From contig LT599017.1 of NCBI GenBank assembly GCA_900079765.1, positions 3,152,996 to 3,176,995 of the forward strand: a DNA stretch of 24,000 bases, in the 5' to 3' direction. Source of the stretch: an uncultured Eubacteriales bacterium (GTDB lineage Bacteria > Bacillota > Clostridia > Oscillospirales > Oscillospiraceae). Position numbers and translations under genes: made by a program. The first letter of the stretch is position 1. Each line of letters opens with the position of its first letter. Below the pieces are notes generated by a model, which did no database searches, had not been told where the DNA came from, and saw only the letters and a list, made by a program, of their open reading frames with translations. Shown piece after piece: positions 7,951 through 16,059 of the stretch.

Positions 7951-9126
7951 TTAGGGGCGCACGGAATCGCGGATGCCGTTGAGCGTGTCGTTGTCCATGC
8001 CGACGGCGGTCTGAACTTTGATCTCGCCGTTGGCGACCTTCTCCTGCAGCTCCTTCAGCTGGTTGATCTGGTCCTCGCTGAACACGGCGCGGAAGTATTT
8101 GTTATCGGCGGCGCCGACGGACCCCTTGGCAAGACCGGCAGTCTCATAGGCGCCCCAGGGCAGAGTGCCCTCCACGGCGGCCTTCAGAGCGTTGTAGACG
8201 GTATTGTCGATCATCTTCATCATGGAGGTGACAATGTGCTCGCTGAGGATGGGGTCGCTGTCCTCCAAAACGGTGGCCTGGTCGGCATCAACGCCAATGG
8301 CGTAGACGTTCTTCTCCTTGCAGCCCTCCAGCGCGCCTAGTCCGGCGCCGCCTGCAACGGCGAACACAATGTCGGCGCCCTGGTTAATCTGGGCAATGGC
8401 CATCTCTTTGGCCTTGGCGGTATCCTTAAAGTCGCCGATGTAGGAAATCAGGACCTTGATCTCGGGGTCAACAGCCTGAGCGCCCTGAATGTAGCCGACG
8501 AGGAAGTCGTTGATGGCGGTGTTCTCGCCGCCAGCCACGAAACCGATAACCTTGTCGGGGTTGGCGAGAGGTGCGTCGGAGGTTGTCAGCATGGCGGCGG
8601 CGGCGCCCACGACAAAGGAACCCTCGTTCTGCAAATGCTCCATACTATAGATGTTGGGCAGCTCCATATCGTCCTTGGCATCATAGAGAATAAACTTCTT
8701 GTCGGGGAACTCCTCGGCTACCGTCTGCATGGACTCGAGGATGTTGTAGGTGCCGCCGATGATGATGTCCCAATCATCGCTCTCAGCGAACTCGGTCATG
8801 GTGGGGATCTGCTTGGTAGCGTCACCGTTGAGCTCGACGACCTTGGTGCGGAAACCAAACTCCTCGGCCGCGCGCATAAGGCCTGCGTTGGACAGATCGC
8901 AGAAGGACTTGTCACCCAGGTTGGTATTCACAATCATGACCACGCCCACATCGGCGGGGTCCTTGCCGAGACCGGAGGGCTCGCCGCTGGGAGTGGTGCT
9001 GGTGGGGGCGGGAGTTCCGCTGGTGCCGGGAGTGGGGGTGTTGCCCCCTGCAGCGGGGCTGCCGCAGCCGGAGAGAAGGCCGAGGGTCAGCGCGAGAGCA
9101 AGTGCAAGAGAGGTAAGCTTTTTCAT
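7951..9126 (-). CDS. BMP-family (PnrA/Med/TmpC-like) nucleoside-binding ABC transporter lipoprotein
   Basis: The signal peptide plus lipobox is LLSGCGS, followed by a Thr/Pro/Gly linker. The fold is BMP-like (GVVMIVNTNLGDKSFCD...GTYN...VIGFVAGGEN...GVDADQ). The start may be 9126 (MKKLTS, better RBS spacing) or 9132 (MEMKK). Confidence 0.85.
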   Translation of the reverse strand: MKKLTSLALALALTLGLLSGCGSPAAGGNTPTPGTSGTPAPTSTTPSGEPSGLGKDPADVGVVMIVNTNLGDKSFCDLSNAGLMRAAEEFGFRTKVVELNGDATKQIPTMTEFAESDDWDIIIGGTYNILESMQTVAEEFPDKKFILYDAKDDMELPNIYSMEHLQNEGSFVVGAAAAMLTTSDAPLANPDKVIGFVAGGENTAINDFLVGYIQGAQAVDPEIKVLISYIGDFKDTAKAKEMAIAQINQGADIVFAVAGGAGLGALEGCKEKNVYAIGVDADQATVLEDSDPILSEHIVTSMMKMIDNTVYNALKAAVEGTLPWGAYETAGLAKGSVGAADNKYFRAVFSEDQINQLKELQEKVANGEIKVQTAVGMDNDTLNGIRDSVRP

Positions 9127-9205
9127 TTCCATGTTCCTCCTTCGTTTTGTTGCGCTTCATTTTTTTATTTTCAATCCCGCTTCGGCAGGGAATGAACGAG
9201 GGAAA

Positions 9206-9889
9206 TTATGCGGTGGCGGCACGGTGCCGGTTCAGCAGCGGCGTAAAGAAATGGATGGACCACTGGAGGACGGGGCCCGTGAGCAGCATGGCTATGACCG
9301 TTCCGATTCCCCAGGTTGCGGAGAGGAGAATACCTCCTACCACTAGGATGATATCCTGAATGACCTTTGCCTTGGTATAGGAAAACTTCTTTTTAGCACA
9401 CAGGAGCTTGACCAGCCCTTCCAGCGCCCCGAATCCCCGGTCTACCGCAACGTAAAGTCCCAGGCCGCAGCCCATTAGAATGGTGCCAGCCACTGTGCAG
9501 AGCACCCGTGTAACAATGGGCCACTCACAAATCAGAAGACCGCTCAGCATTGGCGTAAAAAGATTTACCCAAAGCCCGATCGTAAAAACGCATAGGACCG
9601 TTCCGATGTTGATGTAATTGCGTGCCAAAAAGAAAAGCACTACCAGCAGCACCATATTGGCCACCGTGTTGGCCGTTCCGTAAGAGATGTTGAACACATT
9701 ATGGATTCCGTCACAAAAAGTTGCCATGGGGCTGCTTCCCAATTCAGCGGCATAAAAAAGTGCCGTCCCAAAGGAAGAAATCATCAAACCAAAAGATATG
9801 ATAATTATGTCGCGTATAACAGAAATGATATTATCTTTCTTAAAATTCAAAATGAATCCGCCGGTCTCTTTTTTTCCCTTTTTCGGCAT
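9206..9889 (-). CDS. YczE/YyaS/YitT-like integral membrane protein
   Basis: The pattern SFGLMISSFGTALFYAAELGSSPMATFCDGI....SYGTANTVANMVLLVV, with about 6 TM segments, fits the YczE/YitT family. The start is reassigned to the ATG at 9889 (MPKKGKKE), with a GGAGGA RBS at 9894-9899. Confidence 0.6.
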   Translation of the reverse strand: MPKKGKKETGGFILNFKKDNIISVIRDIIIISFGLMISSFGTALFYAAELGSSPMATFCDGIHNVFNISYGTANTVANMVLLVVLFFLARNYINIGTVLCVFTIGLWVNLFTPMLSGLLICEWPIVTRVLCTVAGTILMGCGLGLYVAVDRGFGALEGLVKLLCAKKKFSYTKAKVIQDIILVVGGILLSATWGIGTVIAMLLTGPVLQWSIHFFTPLLNRHRAATA

Positions 9890-9917
9890 AATGTCCTCCG
9901 TTTCCCGTCCGTCGTTC

Positions 9918-9947
9918 ATTATAATCGACACTATATCCAACCGTCAA
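9918..9947 (-). promoter_or_regulatory. Promoter for the YczE-like gene (and probably the BMP ABC operon)
   Basis: On the minus strand: TTGACG (9947-9942), an 18-nt spacer, then TATAAT (9923-9918). Confidence 0.55.
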
Positions 9948-10023
9948 GTCTATACTCACAAAAACATCATACAAATTTCAACCCAAGAACCTGTGGCATT
10001 TGCACAAAAAGATATGATGACTA

Positions 10024-10051
10024 TTGCATTCCGCTTACGGTTTGCTATAAT
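10024..10051 (+). promoter_or_regulatory. Promoter for udp (with extended -10)
   Basis: TTGCAT (10024-10029), a 16-nt spacer, then TGcTATAAT (TATAAT at 10046-10051). Confidence 0.6.
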
Positions 10052-10110
10052 ACCAGCAAGAGGCGCACAACCGGCGCGGTCTACAATGAAAAAGCAGGGA
10101 GCGGATCAGT

Positions 10111-10881
10111 ATGGAAAAGGAACTCATGCATCATATTAAGTGTGGCAAGGGCGATGTGGGGCGTTACGTCATCCTCCCGGGCGACCCTGGCCGGGTCGAG
10201 AAAATTGCCGCTTTTCTGGATAACGCGAAACATGTGACCACCTACCGCGAGTACAACACCTGGACAGGCACTCTGGAAGGCGTGCCCGTCAGCGTCTGCT
10301 CCACCGGCATCGGCGGCCCCAGCGCCTCCATCGCCATGGAAGAGCTTATCAAGTGCGGCGCCGACACCTTTATCCGCGTAGGCACCTGCGGCGGGGTGGA
10401 CGCTTCTTTGATCCCCGGCGATCTTCTCATTCCTACCGGCGCGATCCGCAAGGAGGGTACCGGCCTTGAGTATGTGCCCGTCCAGTACCCCGCCGTGCCC
10501 AACTACGAGGTTCTCACCGCTCTCGACGGAGCGGCCGCCAAGCTGGGTTATCGCCACCATATGGGCGTGGTGGAGTGCAAGGACAGCTACTATGGCCAAC
10601 ACGACCCCGACAGTATGCCTGCCGGCGATGAGCTGAAAAGCAAGTGGAAGGCCTGGAAGATGGCCGGCGCGCTGGGCAGCGAGATGGAGAGCGCTACTCT
10701 GTTTCTCGTGGCCGGCGTCCGTCGGGTGCGTATGGGCACAGTTCTCCTTCTCTGCCGCAACCGCGAGCGCGAGGCCGTTACTGGACTTACCGAAACCGTA
10801 TGGGACACCGCATCGGCCATTGAGACTGCCATTGAGGCGCTCCGTTCCATCATCCGCAAGGATAAGGAAACCGGAAAGTAA
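10111..10881 (+). CDS. udp: Uridine phosphorylase (PNP/UDP-1 family)
   Basis: The 256 aa ORF is collinear with E. coli Udp as I recall it: ILPGDPGRVEKIAAFLD / VPGDPDRVEKIAALMD, VCSTGIGGPSASIAMEELIKCG..TFIRVGTCGG / VCSTGIGGPSTSIAVEELAQLG..TFLRIGTTGA, and EMESATL. It is clearly closer to Udp than to DeoD. Confidence 0.85.
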   Translation: MEKELMHHIKCGKGDVGRYVILPGDPGRVEKIAAFLDNAKHVTTYREYNTWTGTLEGVPVSVCSTGIGGPSASIAMEELIKCGADTFIRVGTCGGVDASLIPGDLLIPTGAIRKEGTGLEYVPVQYPAVPNYEVLTALDGAAAKLGYRHHMGVVECKDSYYGQHDPDSMPAGDELKSKWKAWKMAGALGSEMESATLFLVAGVRRVRMGTVLLLCRNREREAVTGLTETVWDTASAIETAIEALRSIIRKDKETGK

Positions 10882-10894
10882 TGGATTGAATTTG

Positions 10895-10933
10895 AAAAAG
10901 GAGACCGCGCCAACTGGCGCGGCCTCCTTTTTT
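10895..10933. terminator. Bidirectional intrinsic terminator shared by convergent udp and yjjW
   Basis: AAAAAGGAGaCCGCGCC-aact-GGCGCGGcCTCCTTTTTT. The stem is 13 bp with one mismatch, with an A-run on the left and a T-run on the right. Confidence 0.85.
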
Positions 10934-10939
10934 GTTGCC

Positions 10940-11782
10940 CTATATGAGTCGTGCTCTTTTAAACCCCAGCCCGCGCGCCTCCCGGAGGAGCTCCTCCATC
11001 CATACCCTGTGGGGCTGCGGCATGTCGGAGAGCTCCCCCCGCACGCCAAAGGGGCGGAAGGAAATCAGCTTGAGCGGCGTCTCCGCCGTCTCTTCCGGGC
11101 CGAGGGTCTGGGCTACTCCCTCCAGAACGGCCTTCACGTCTGCCCGCCCCGGTACGCAGACGTGGCGAACCTCCGTGAGCTTGCCCGCCTTCGCCAGGAA
11201 CGCGAGGTTCCGCTTCACCGGGCCATTCTCCTCCCCTGTCAGTTGGCGGTGAATCCCGGTGTCCCATGCCTTCACATCCAGCATGACACCGTCGCACACG
11301 GCAATAAGCTCCGGGAATGCGGATAACTCCACCATACCGTTGGAATCCATCAGGCAGGAAAGTCCTGCCGCCTTTGATAGGCGAAACAGCTCTGTCAGGA
11401 AATCCGGATATAGGGAGCACTCCCCGCCGGAGACGGTAATACCTCGGATAAAGGGGAGGTTCTTCTCTATCTGCACAAAAACCTCTTCCGCCGAGCTCCA
11501 TTTCACCTTGGGGGATGCGCGGTTCGGACAGGCGGCGATGCAGGCGTCACAGCCCACGCATTTCTCCTCGTTCCACACCACTCTTCCCTCTGCAGACTGG
11601 GACAGCGCTCCGCCGGGACAGACCGCAAGGCAGACGCCGCAGCTGTTGCACAGGTTCTGTGTCTCCGGGTTATGGCAGTAGGCGCAGCGGAGGTTACAGC
11701 CCTGCAGAAAAACAGCGGTCCGATTTCCCGGCCCATCCACCACACTGCTGGGGATAATTTTATTGACCGGAGCCCGGCTCAT
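10940..11782 (-). CDS. yjjW: Glycyl-radical enzyme activating protein, YjjW-type (radical SAM with two extra ferredoxin-like 4Fe-4S motifs)
   Basis: The N-terminus is SSVVDGPGNRTAVFLQGCNLRCAYCHNPE (CX3CX2C). It is followed by CNSCGVCLAVCP and CVGCDACIAACP, then ITVSGGEC. The start codon overlaps the stop of the upstream GRE gene (TAATG at 11780-11784). Confidence 0.85.
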   Translation of the reverse strand: MSRAPVNKIIPSSVVDGPGNRTAVFLQGCNLRCAYCHNPETQNLCNSCGVCLAVCPGGALSQSAEGRVVWNEEKCVGCDACIAACPNRASPKVKWSSAEEVFVQIEKNLPFIRGITVSGGECSLYPDFLTELFRLSKAAGLSCLMDSNGMVELSAFPELIAVCDGVMLDVKAWDTGIHRQLTGEENGPVKRNLAFLAKAGKLTEVRHVCVPGRADVKAVLEGVAQTLGPEETAETPLKLISFRPFGVRGELSDMPQPHRVWMEELLREARGLGFKRARLI

Positions 11783-13281
11783 TAGACGGACCGGACCTTT
11801 CTGTCCTTCAGGCGGTTGAGGCGGTAGTTGGCGCTGCCGTTGATGACGTTGTCCTGCAGAACAACCTCCCCCCGCTCGTACCGCTCCAAATCGCTGCGTT
11901 TGACAAGATATCCGGTGACGCGCACCAAATCACCCTGTGCGCCATAGAAGGCGCAGTACTTATCGCCAAGGCTGAACGCGCCCTTCACCAGGTCCAGCAG
12001 CGCGGCCGGATTGCGCTCTGCCGTGGAGTCAAAGGGGAAAATGTCGCTGCAGCCCGTGGGGAAAAATTTATGGAATCGGGCGGAGTGGCGCAGATGGTTG
12101 TGGATGTTGGCGGGCTCGTCACCCACGGTAATGCGCACGCCGGAGGTAACACCCACGTCGTCGGAAAGGCCCGCCTGGGCATGAAGCAAGAAATGTCCGC
12201 CCGCAACTTCGGAATACTTGGCCGGATAGCTCGCGGCAAAGTCCGAGATAACGGTCAGGATACGTTCGGCCAGATCGTCCGCTTCAGCGCTGCTGCCGTA
12301 CCGCCCCCCCCTACCCGCAAGGAGAAGATTTACGCAGTCGCACAGCCCGGCCACGCCGAACATGCCCACGAAACGCTCTCGCTCCACAAGCCCTTCCTGC
12401 ACGAGAAAATCGGACTGGAAATAGCCGGAGTCCTCCACCAAGAATCGGATGCGCTCGTTCATATAGTCGCCCAGCGCTTTCAGTGCGTCGGGCAGCAGCT
12501 CCGTACAGAAATGCTCCGGGTCCTTAGCAAGCTTTGCCAGCCGCGGCAGTACCACCCGGTTCAGGGTGTACGCCCCGCCCCGGAGCGGGAGGATATTGTA
12601 GCAGGAGGAAATACCGTAATCGAAACTGTAGGTGTCCTTGTGTGCCCGGTGATTACAGATAGCCGGGTTGGCGCAGGACAGGGAGCACAAAAGCGCAGCC
12701 TCTGCAAAATCATCGGGAGTAAGCTCACTGTCGTACTTAAGCGTCAGGTTGGGAACCTGCAGCTGCAGCTCCTCGACCAGTTCCAGAATAAGCCGTCCCG
12801 CCCGGGTGGCCTCCGGGCCCAGGTTGGCGTGGCTGTAAGCGTTGGCGATCGTGCGGTCGCAGAACATGAGGAACCGTCTCAGCGCTGCCTTGGCCGTCTC
12901 GTCGTCCACCCCCTCCAGAAAAGGCTCGATCAGCTTATCGATGTTTCCGAGGTACACCGGTTTCGTGGTAATGGAGGGGACATGGCAGTAGAGGATTTCC
13001 AGCGCGTTCAGCACCCCCTCCAGGTCCTTGGGCGGGTCCAGCCGTAAAAATTTGCTGCCCTGCCGGACAAACTTTTCATAGTCGGGCATCACGTAGCGGG
13101 GGCGGTAGGGCGCTTGTCCCTCGTTTAAGTCGTCCAGCCCGCCGCTCTCCCGGTAGTATTGGTAGCGGGGCGGAACATTGAGCACGTCCAACGTGTTTTC
13201 CGCGGCCAGGCAGAGGGCGGTCAGTTTCTGACGGTAGTTCAGGTGGGTGGAAGTGACAATTTCATAGACATTCTGGCTCAT
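11782..13281 (-). CDS. yjjI: Short glycyl-radical enzyme, YjjI family (DUF3029-like); substrate unknown
   Basis: The 499 aa ORF has a C-terminal glycine-radical fingerprint, GDLVRVTGYLVKR. Gly457 is encoded by GGA at 11913-11911, 42 aa from the C-terminus. Translation is coupled to a GRE activase. The length of about 500 aa, versus 750-850 aa for canonical GREs, matches the YjjI family. The RBS is GGAGGA, 6 nt upstream. Confidence 0.75.
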   Translation of the reverse strand: MSQNVYEIVTSTHLNYRQKLTALCLAAENTLDVLNVPPRYQYYRESGGLDDLNEGQAPYRPRYVMPDYEKFVRQGSKFLRLDPPKDLEGVLNALEILYCHVPSITTKPVYLGNIDKLIEPFLEGVDDETAKAALRRFLMFCDRTIANAYSHANLGPEATRAGRLILELVEELQLQVPNLTLKYDSELTPDDFAEAALLCSLSCANPAICNHRAHKDTYSFDYGISSCYNILPLRGGAYTLNRVVLPRLAKLAKDPEHFCTELLPDALKALGDYMNERIRFLVEDSGYFQSDFLVQEGLVERERFVGMFGVAGLCDCVNLLLAGRGGRYGSSAEADDLAERILTVISDFAASYPAKYSEVAGGHFLLHAQAGLSDDVGVTSGVRITVGDEPANIHNHLRHSARFHKFFPTGCSDIFPFDSTAERNPAALLDLVKGAFSLGDKYCAFYGAQGDLVRVTGYLVKRSDLERYERGEVVLQDNVINGSANYRLNRLKDRKVRSV

Positions 13282-13302
13282 AGGAATTCCTCCTCTAAAT
13301 AA

Positions 13303-14010
13303 TTACGGCAGCACCTCCCTACACAGAAGGCGAAGCCCCTGATACTGCTTTTCATTGACTTTGATTGCCCGTCCCTGGCACGAAATCAGGTTTTCCTTTC
13401 GGAAACGGAGCAACGCACGCTGAACGGTCTTGATGCTGAGTCCTGTCTCGTCTGCCATCTGCTGGCGTGCCACATTGAGATGCAAAAGCCCACTTTCTCC
13501 GCTTTTCTCCCAGGCCCGGCACAGGTAGATGGACATGCGCTCGACTCCGCTGAGGAAGAGGTAGCTCCGCTCCGTCCCGGTCTGGTCCACCAGCTGGCGG
13601 ACCATCTGGCAGGTCCTGGAAAAGAGCGCGTCCACATCCCCGCGCACCCATTCAAGGTACGTGCTGCGCGGTAAGGATGCCAAAACGCAGTCCCCCGCGC
13701 ACACCAGCGTCCCGCGGTAGACCGGGCAGTCGGAGAACACCTCGTATTCGCCAAAAATGGCTGGAGCCGTAAAATGTGCAAAGGCATAAACGCTGCCGCT
13801 CTCCATCTCATCCACGCCGCTTACCCGCCCCGCAAGCAGGAGATAGATGTATGTCGCCTCCTCCTGCGCGCGCAGGAGGACCTCACCCTCGCTCATGTGA
13901 AAGACCCGTCCTCCGGTTTCCATTTCCTGCCGCAGACTGCGCAGCAAGATCCGAAAGTACTCCCCCGCATAGCCTTCCAGTCCTTCCACATAGGCCTTGA
14001 TAGCACCCAT
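13303..14010 (-). CDS. Crp/Fnr-family transcriptional regulator (cNMP-binding-like domain plus C-terminal HTH)
   Basis: The 235 aa ORF has a beta-roll-like N-terminal region (VLLRAQEEATYIYLLLAGRVSGVDE...FGEYEVF). The C-terminal HTH is RQQMADETGLSIKTVQRALLRFRKENLI. There is no N-terminal Fnr-type Cys cluster. Its stop is 21 nt before the yjjI start, with no terminator between them. Confidence 0.8.
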   Translation of the reverse strand: MGAIKAYVEGLEGYAGEYFRILLRSLRQEMETGGRVFHMSEGEVLLRAQEEATYIYLLLAGRVSGVDEMESGSVYAFAHFTAPAIFGEYEVFSDCPVYRGTLVCAGDCVLASLPRSTYLEWVRGDVDALFSRTCQMVRQLVDQTGTERSYLFLSGVERMSIYLCRAWEKSGESGLLHLNVARQQMADETGLSIKTVQRALLRFRKENLISCQGRAIKVNEKQYQGLRLLCREVLP

Positions 14011-14166
14011 CGTTCGCTCCTCCTTCGGTGCTTACGCACCAATTCTATGCCCTTATCTTATCAACTAAAAGGACACATGTCCAGTTGCCGGTGAACTCTT
14101 TATTTTGCGCGGCTCCAAAGCACGTTTCTCCGCATGAGAAACCTCCCCTGAGCTGAAGCTAAATAC

Positions 14167-14204
14167 GGCCGCTGAGGCTCTGGGGTTCCAGAGCTCCAGC
14201 GGCC
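14167..14204 (-). terminator. Stem-loop after the DUF2207 gene (weak U-tract)
   Basis: GGCCGCTGagGCTCTGG-ggtt-CCAGAGCtcCAGCGGCC forms a 17-bp stem with a 2-nt internal mismatch. It lies 37 nt after the stop at 14241. The trailing sequence on the minus strand is GTATTTAGCTT. Confidence 0.5.
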
Positions 14205-14240
14205 ATATTCTCATGAACGAAGCACTTTAAACGATCAGCC

Positions 14241-15914
14241 TCACCGGCTGCCTCCCCCTCCGCCGCCGGAAAAACCGCCGCCGCCAATGGAGCTTGCCAC
14301 GCCGCCCGTCCCATCCATGCTCGGTGCGGAGGCATTCGAGATATGATTTGTCATGGTCATAAAGTATATCATGCTGTAAGCATTGCAGCCATATATGCTT
14401 GAGAACGTATCAAAATAGGCGGGATCAAGCGCTTGCATGCTTTCCAGCACCTGTTCTCCTGTATCAAACAGGGCGGCAACCACAAGATAATCTCTCCAAA
14501 GCTCCCTTGGCGCAGGCCTGTCTTTATTCTGCTTACGCATTCCCGCCAAGTATTTCTGGAGCCCAAGGATTCTAACCGCTTGTTTGAACCCTGAGTCCGT
14601 GAACCGGACGACACCTTTCTCGTCCGTTGCCGCCGCACCTGATTCGATCAGCTCTTTTTGGCCGTCCTCTTGTACGTCTTCTGCCCACCCTGTAAGTTTC
14701 TCGTAGAGCTCTTGCGCACTTTCTTCTATGTCAGAGGTCCAAAGAACGCCGTCCCGGTCGGCACCACCGACTAAAATTTGATACAGGGTCCTCTCCGCTC
14801 CTTGGAGCGGCGCTTTCTCTGAAGCAAAGACAATTACCTCCTCCTTTTTTGCCTTTTTTATTCCCGGGTTCACTACCCGCTCTTCAATACTGATATACCT
14901 TGCCTCCTGCCAGCGAATGAGATAGGCCCCCATAAGCCGCGGGCAAGAAATCTTCCTGCGCAGCAGCGCCATTGCGAAATATATGGCCGGAATACTGCCG
15001 CCAAAGGGAATGGACCAAGTTATTTCCATTTCTTTCTGTTTGGGAAGCTTTACTACGGTACCGTCCGCCAGCTTATAGCGCGCCGAAAAAAGTACGGCTA
15101 AAAAGGCCGCCAGAAGGACAACAAAAACAACACCCCCGGCTGAAATGGCAAAAACGAACAAGCCTATGCCGGAGTTGCTTTTTTCTGCAGATTCCTGCAG
15201 TTCTTCAAATGACACATTCGCCTTAGGCGCCAGCGGGAACAAGTCTTTCTCAAAGCGGCAGAGCACATTCACATAGTTCCCGCCGCTTAGCGCATCAGAG
15301 GAGAAAGCGTGAAGTACGCCGTCCCTGCCAATCTCCACCTCACCTGGAAAGCCATACCCCCAAATCCGCGAATTTTCTTCGGTTAGGCGCACATCAGCCA
15401 GCCGGATATCAATAACCGCAGATTCAGGCGCGCTGGAAAGCTCGGAAATAAACTGATGGTAAAATCCTGCGTAATCGCCATAGTCCTTTACCAATCCTTC
15501 TATGGTGTATTGAATGGTATATTGATGGTTGCCATAGCTGCCAATACCCCAGCAAAGCTCATAACCATCAGACTTTTCTAAAATACCGCAGGTACCGGCT
15601 TTTTCTAGCAAAGTTAAGTCCGTGTCCCAGCTGCTTAGCGTCTTATATTGTGTTCCGGACTCGTCCCTTACAAGAAGAGAATGCACGCGCATTCCATCCA
15701 TGTTGTTGAGCGCCTTATAATATTCCGTGCCGCTGGATACCCCGCGCACATCCCAAATCTCTGTAATAACCGCAGACCCGTCACGCTCCAGCACGGCATT
15801 AACCTGGATGGACGGGATGGCGTCCTCTGCTGCAAAGGCCGGAATTGATCCCAGCACAAACAGTATTGCAAACACTACTGAAACAATAAGCAGTCTTTGG
15901 CGTCTTAATTTCAT
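14241..15914 (-). CDS. DUF2207-family membrane protein with C-terminal poly-Gly tail
   Basis: The 557 aa ORF has a signal peptide (VFAILFVLGSIPAFAAE), an extracellular N-terminal domain and central TM segments (GLFVFAISAGGVVFVVLLAAFLAVLF). A cytoplasmic region follows, and the protein ends in the C-terminal SSIGGGGFSGGGGGGSR typical of DUF2207. Confidence 0.7.
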   Translation of the reverse strand: MKLRRQRLLIVSVVFAILFVLGSIPAFAAEDAIPSIQVNAVLERDGSAVITEIWDVRGVSSGTEYYKALNNMDGMRVHSLLVRDESGTQYKTLSSWDTDLTLLEKAGTCGILEKSDGYELCWGIGSYGNHQYTIQYTIEGLVKDYGDYAGFYHQFISELSSAPESAVIDIRLADVRLTEENSRIWGYGFPGEVEIGRDGVLHAFSSDALSGGNYVNVLCRFEKDLFPLAPKANVSFEELQESAEKSNSGIGLFVFAISAGGVVFVVLLAAFLAVLFSARYKLADGTVVKLPKQKEMEITWSIPFGGSIPAIYFAMALLRRKISCPRLMGAYLIRWQEARYISIEERVVNPGIKKAKKEEVIVFASEKAPLQGAERTLYQILVGGADRDGVLWTSDIEESAQELYEKLTGWAEDVQEDGQKELIESGAAATDEKGVVRFTDSGFKQAVRILGLQKYLAGMRKQNKDRPAPRELWRDYLVVAALFDTGEQVLESMQALDPAYFDTFSSIYGCNAYSMIYFMTMTNHISNASAPSMDGTGGVASSIGGGGFSGGGGGGSR

Positions 15915-15965
15915 GCGTTTTCTCCTTGATTCCTTCTTACTTCACAGCATAGTTCTGTCCTTTTT

Positions 15966-15995
15966 ATTATAGCACCCAAAAACGTGCCGGATCAA
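15966..15995 (-). promoter_or_regulatory. Promoter for the DUF2207 gene
   Basis: On the minus strand: TTGATC (15995-15990), an 18-nt spacer, then TGcTATAAT (TATAAT at 15971-15966). Confidence 0.55.
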
Positions 15996-16059
15996 GTGCC
16001 GCAAAATAACATTACCATAAACTGATATAGGACCAAAATAAATAGCGGACAGCCAACTC

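Noticed and set aside
10086-10139. A 17-codon upstream ORF (MKKQGADQYGKGTHASY) overlapping the udp start out of frame.
   Set aside because: No RBS precedes it. The AGGGAG inside it is correctly spaced for the udp ATG at 10111, so it is most likely fortuitous.
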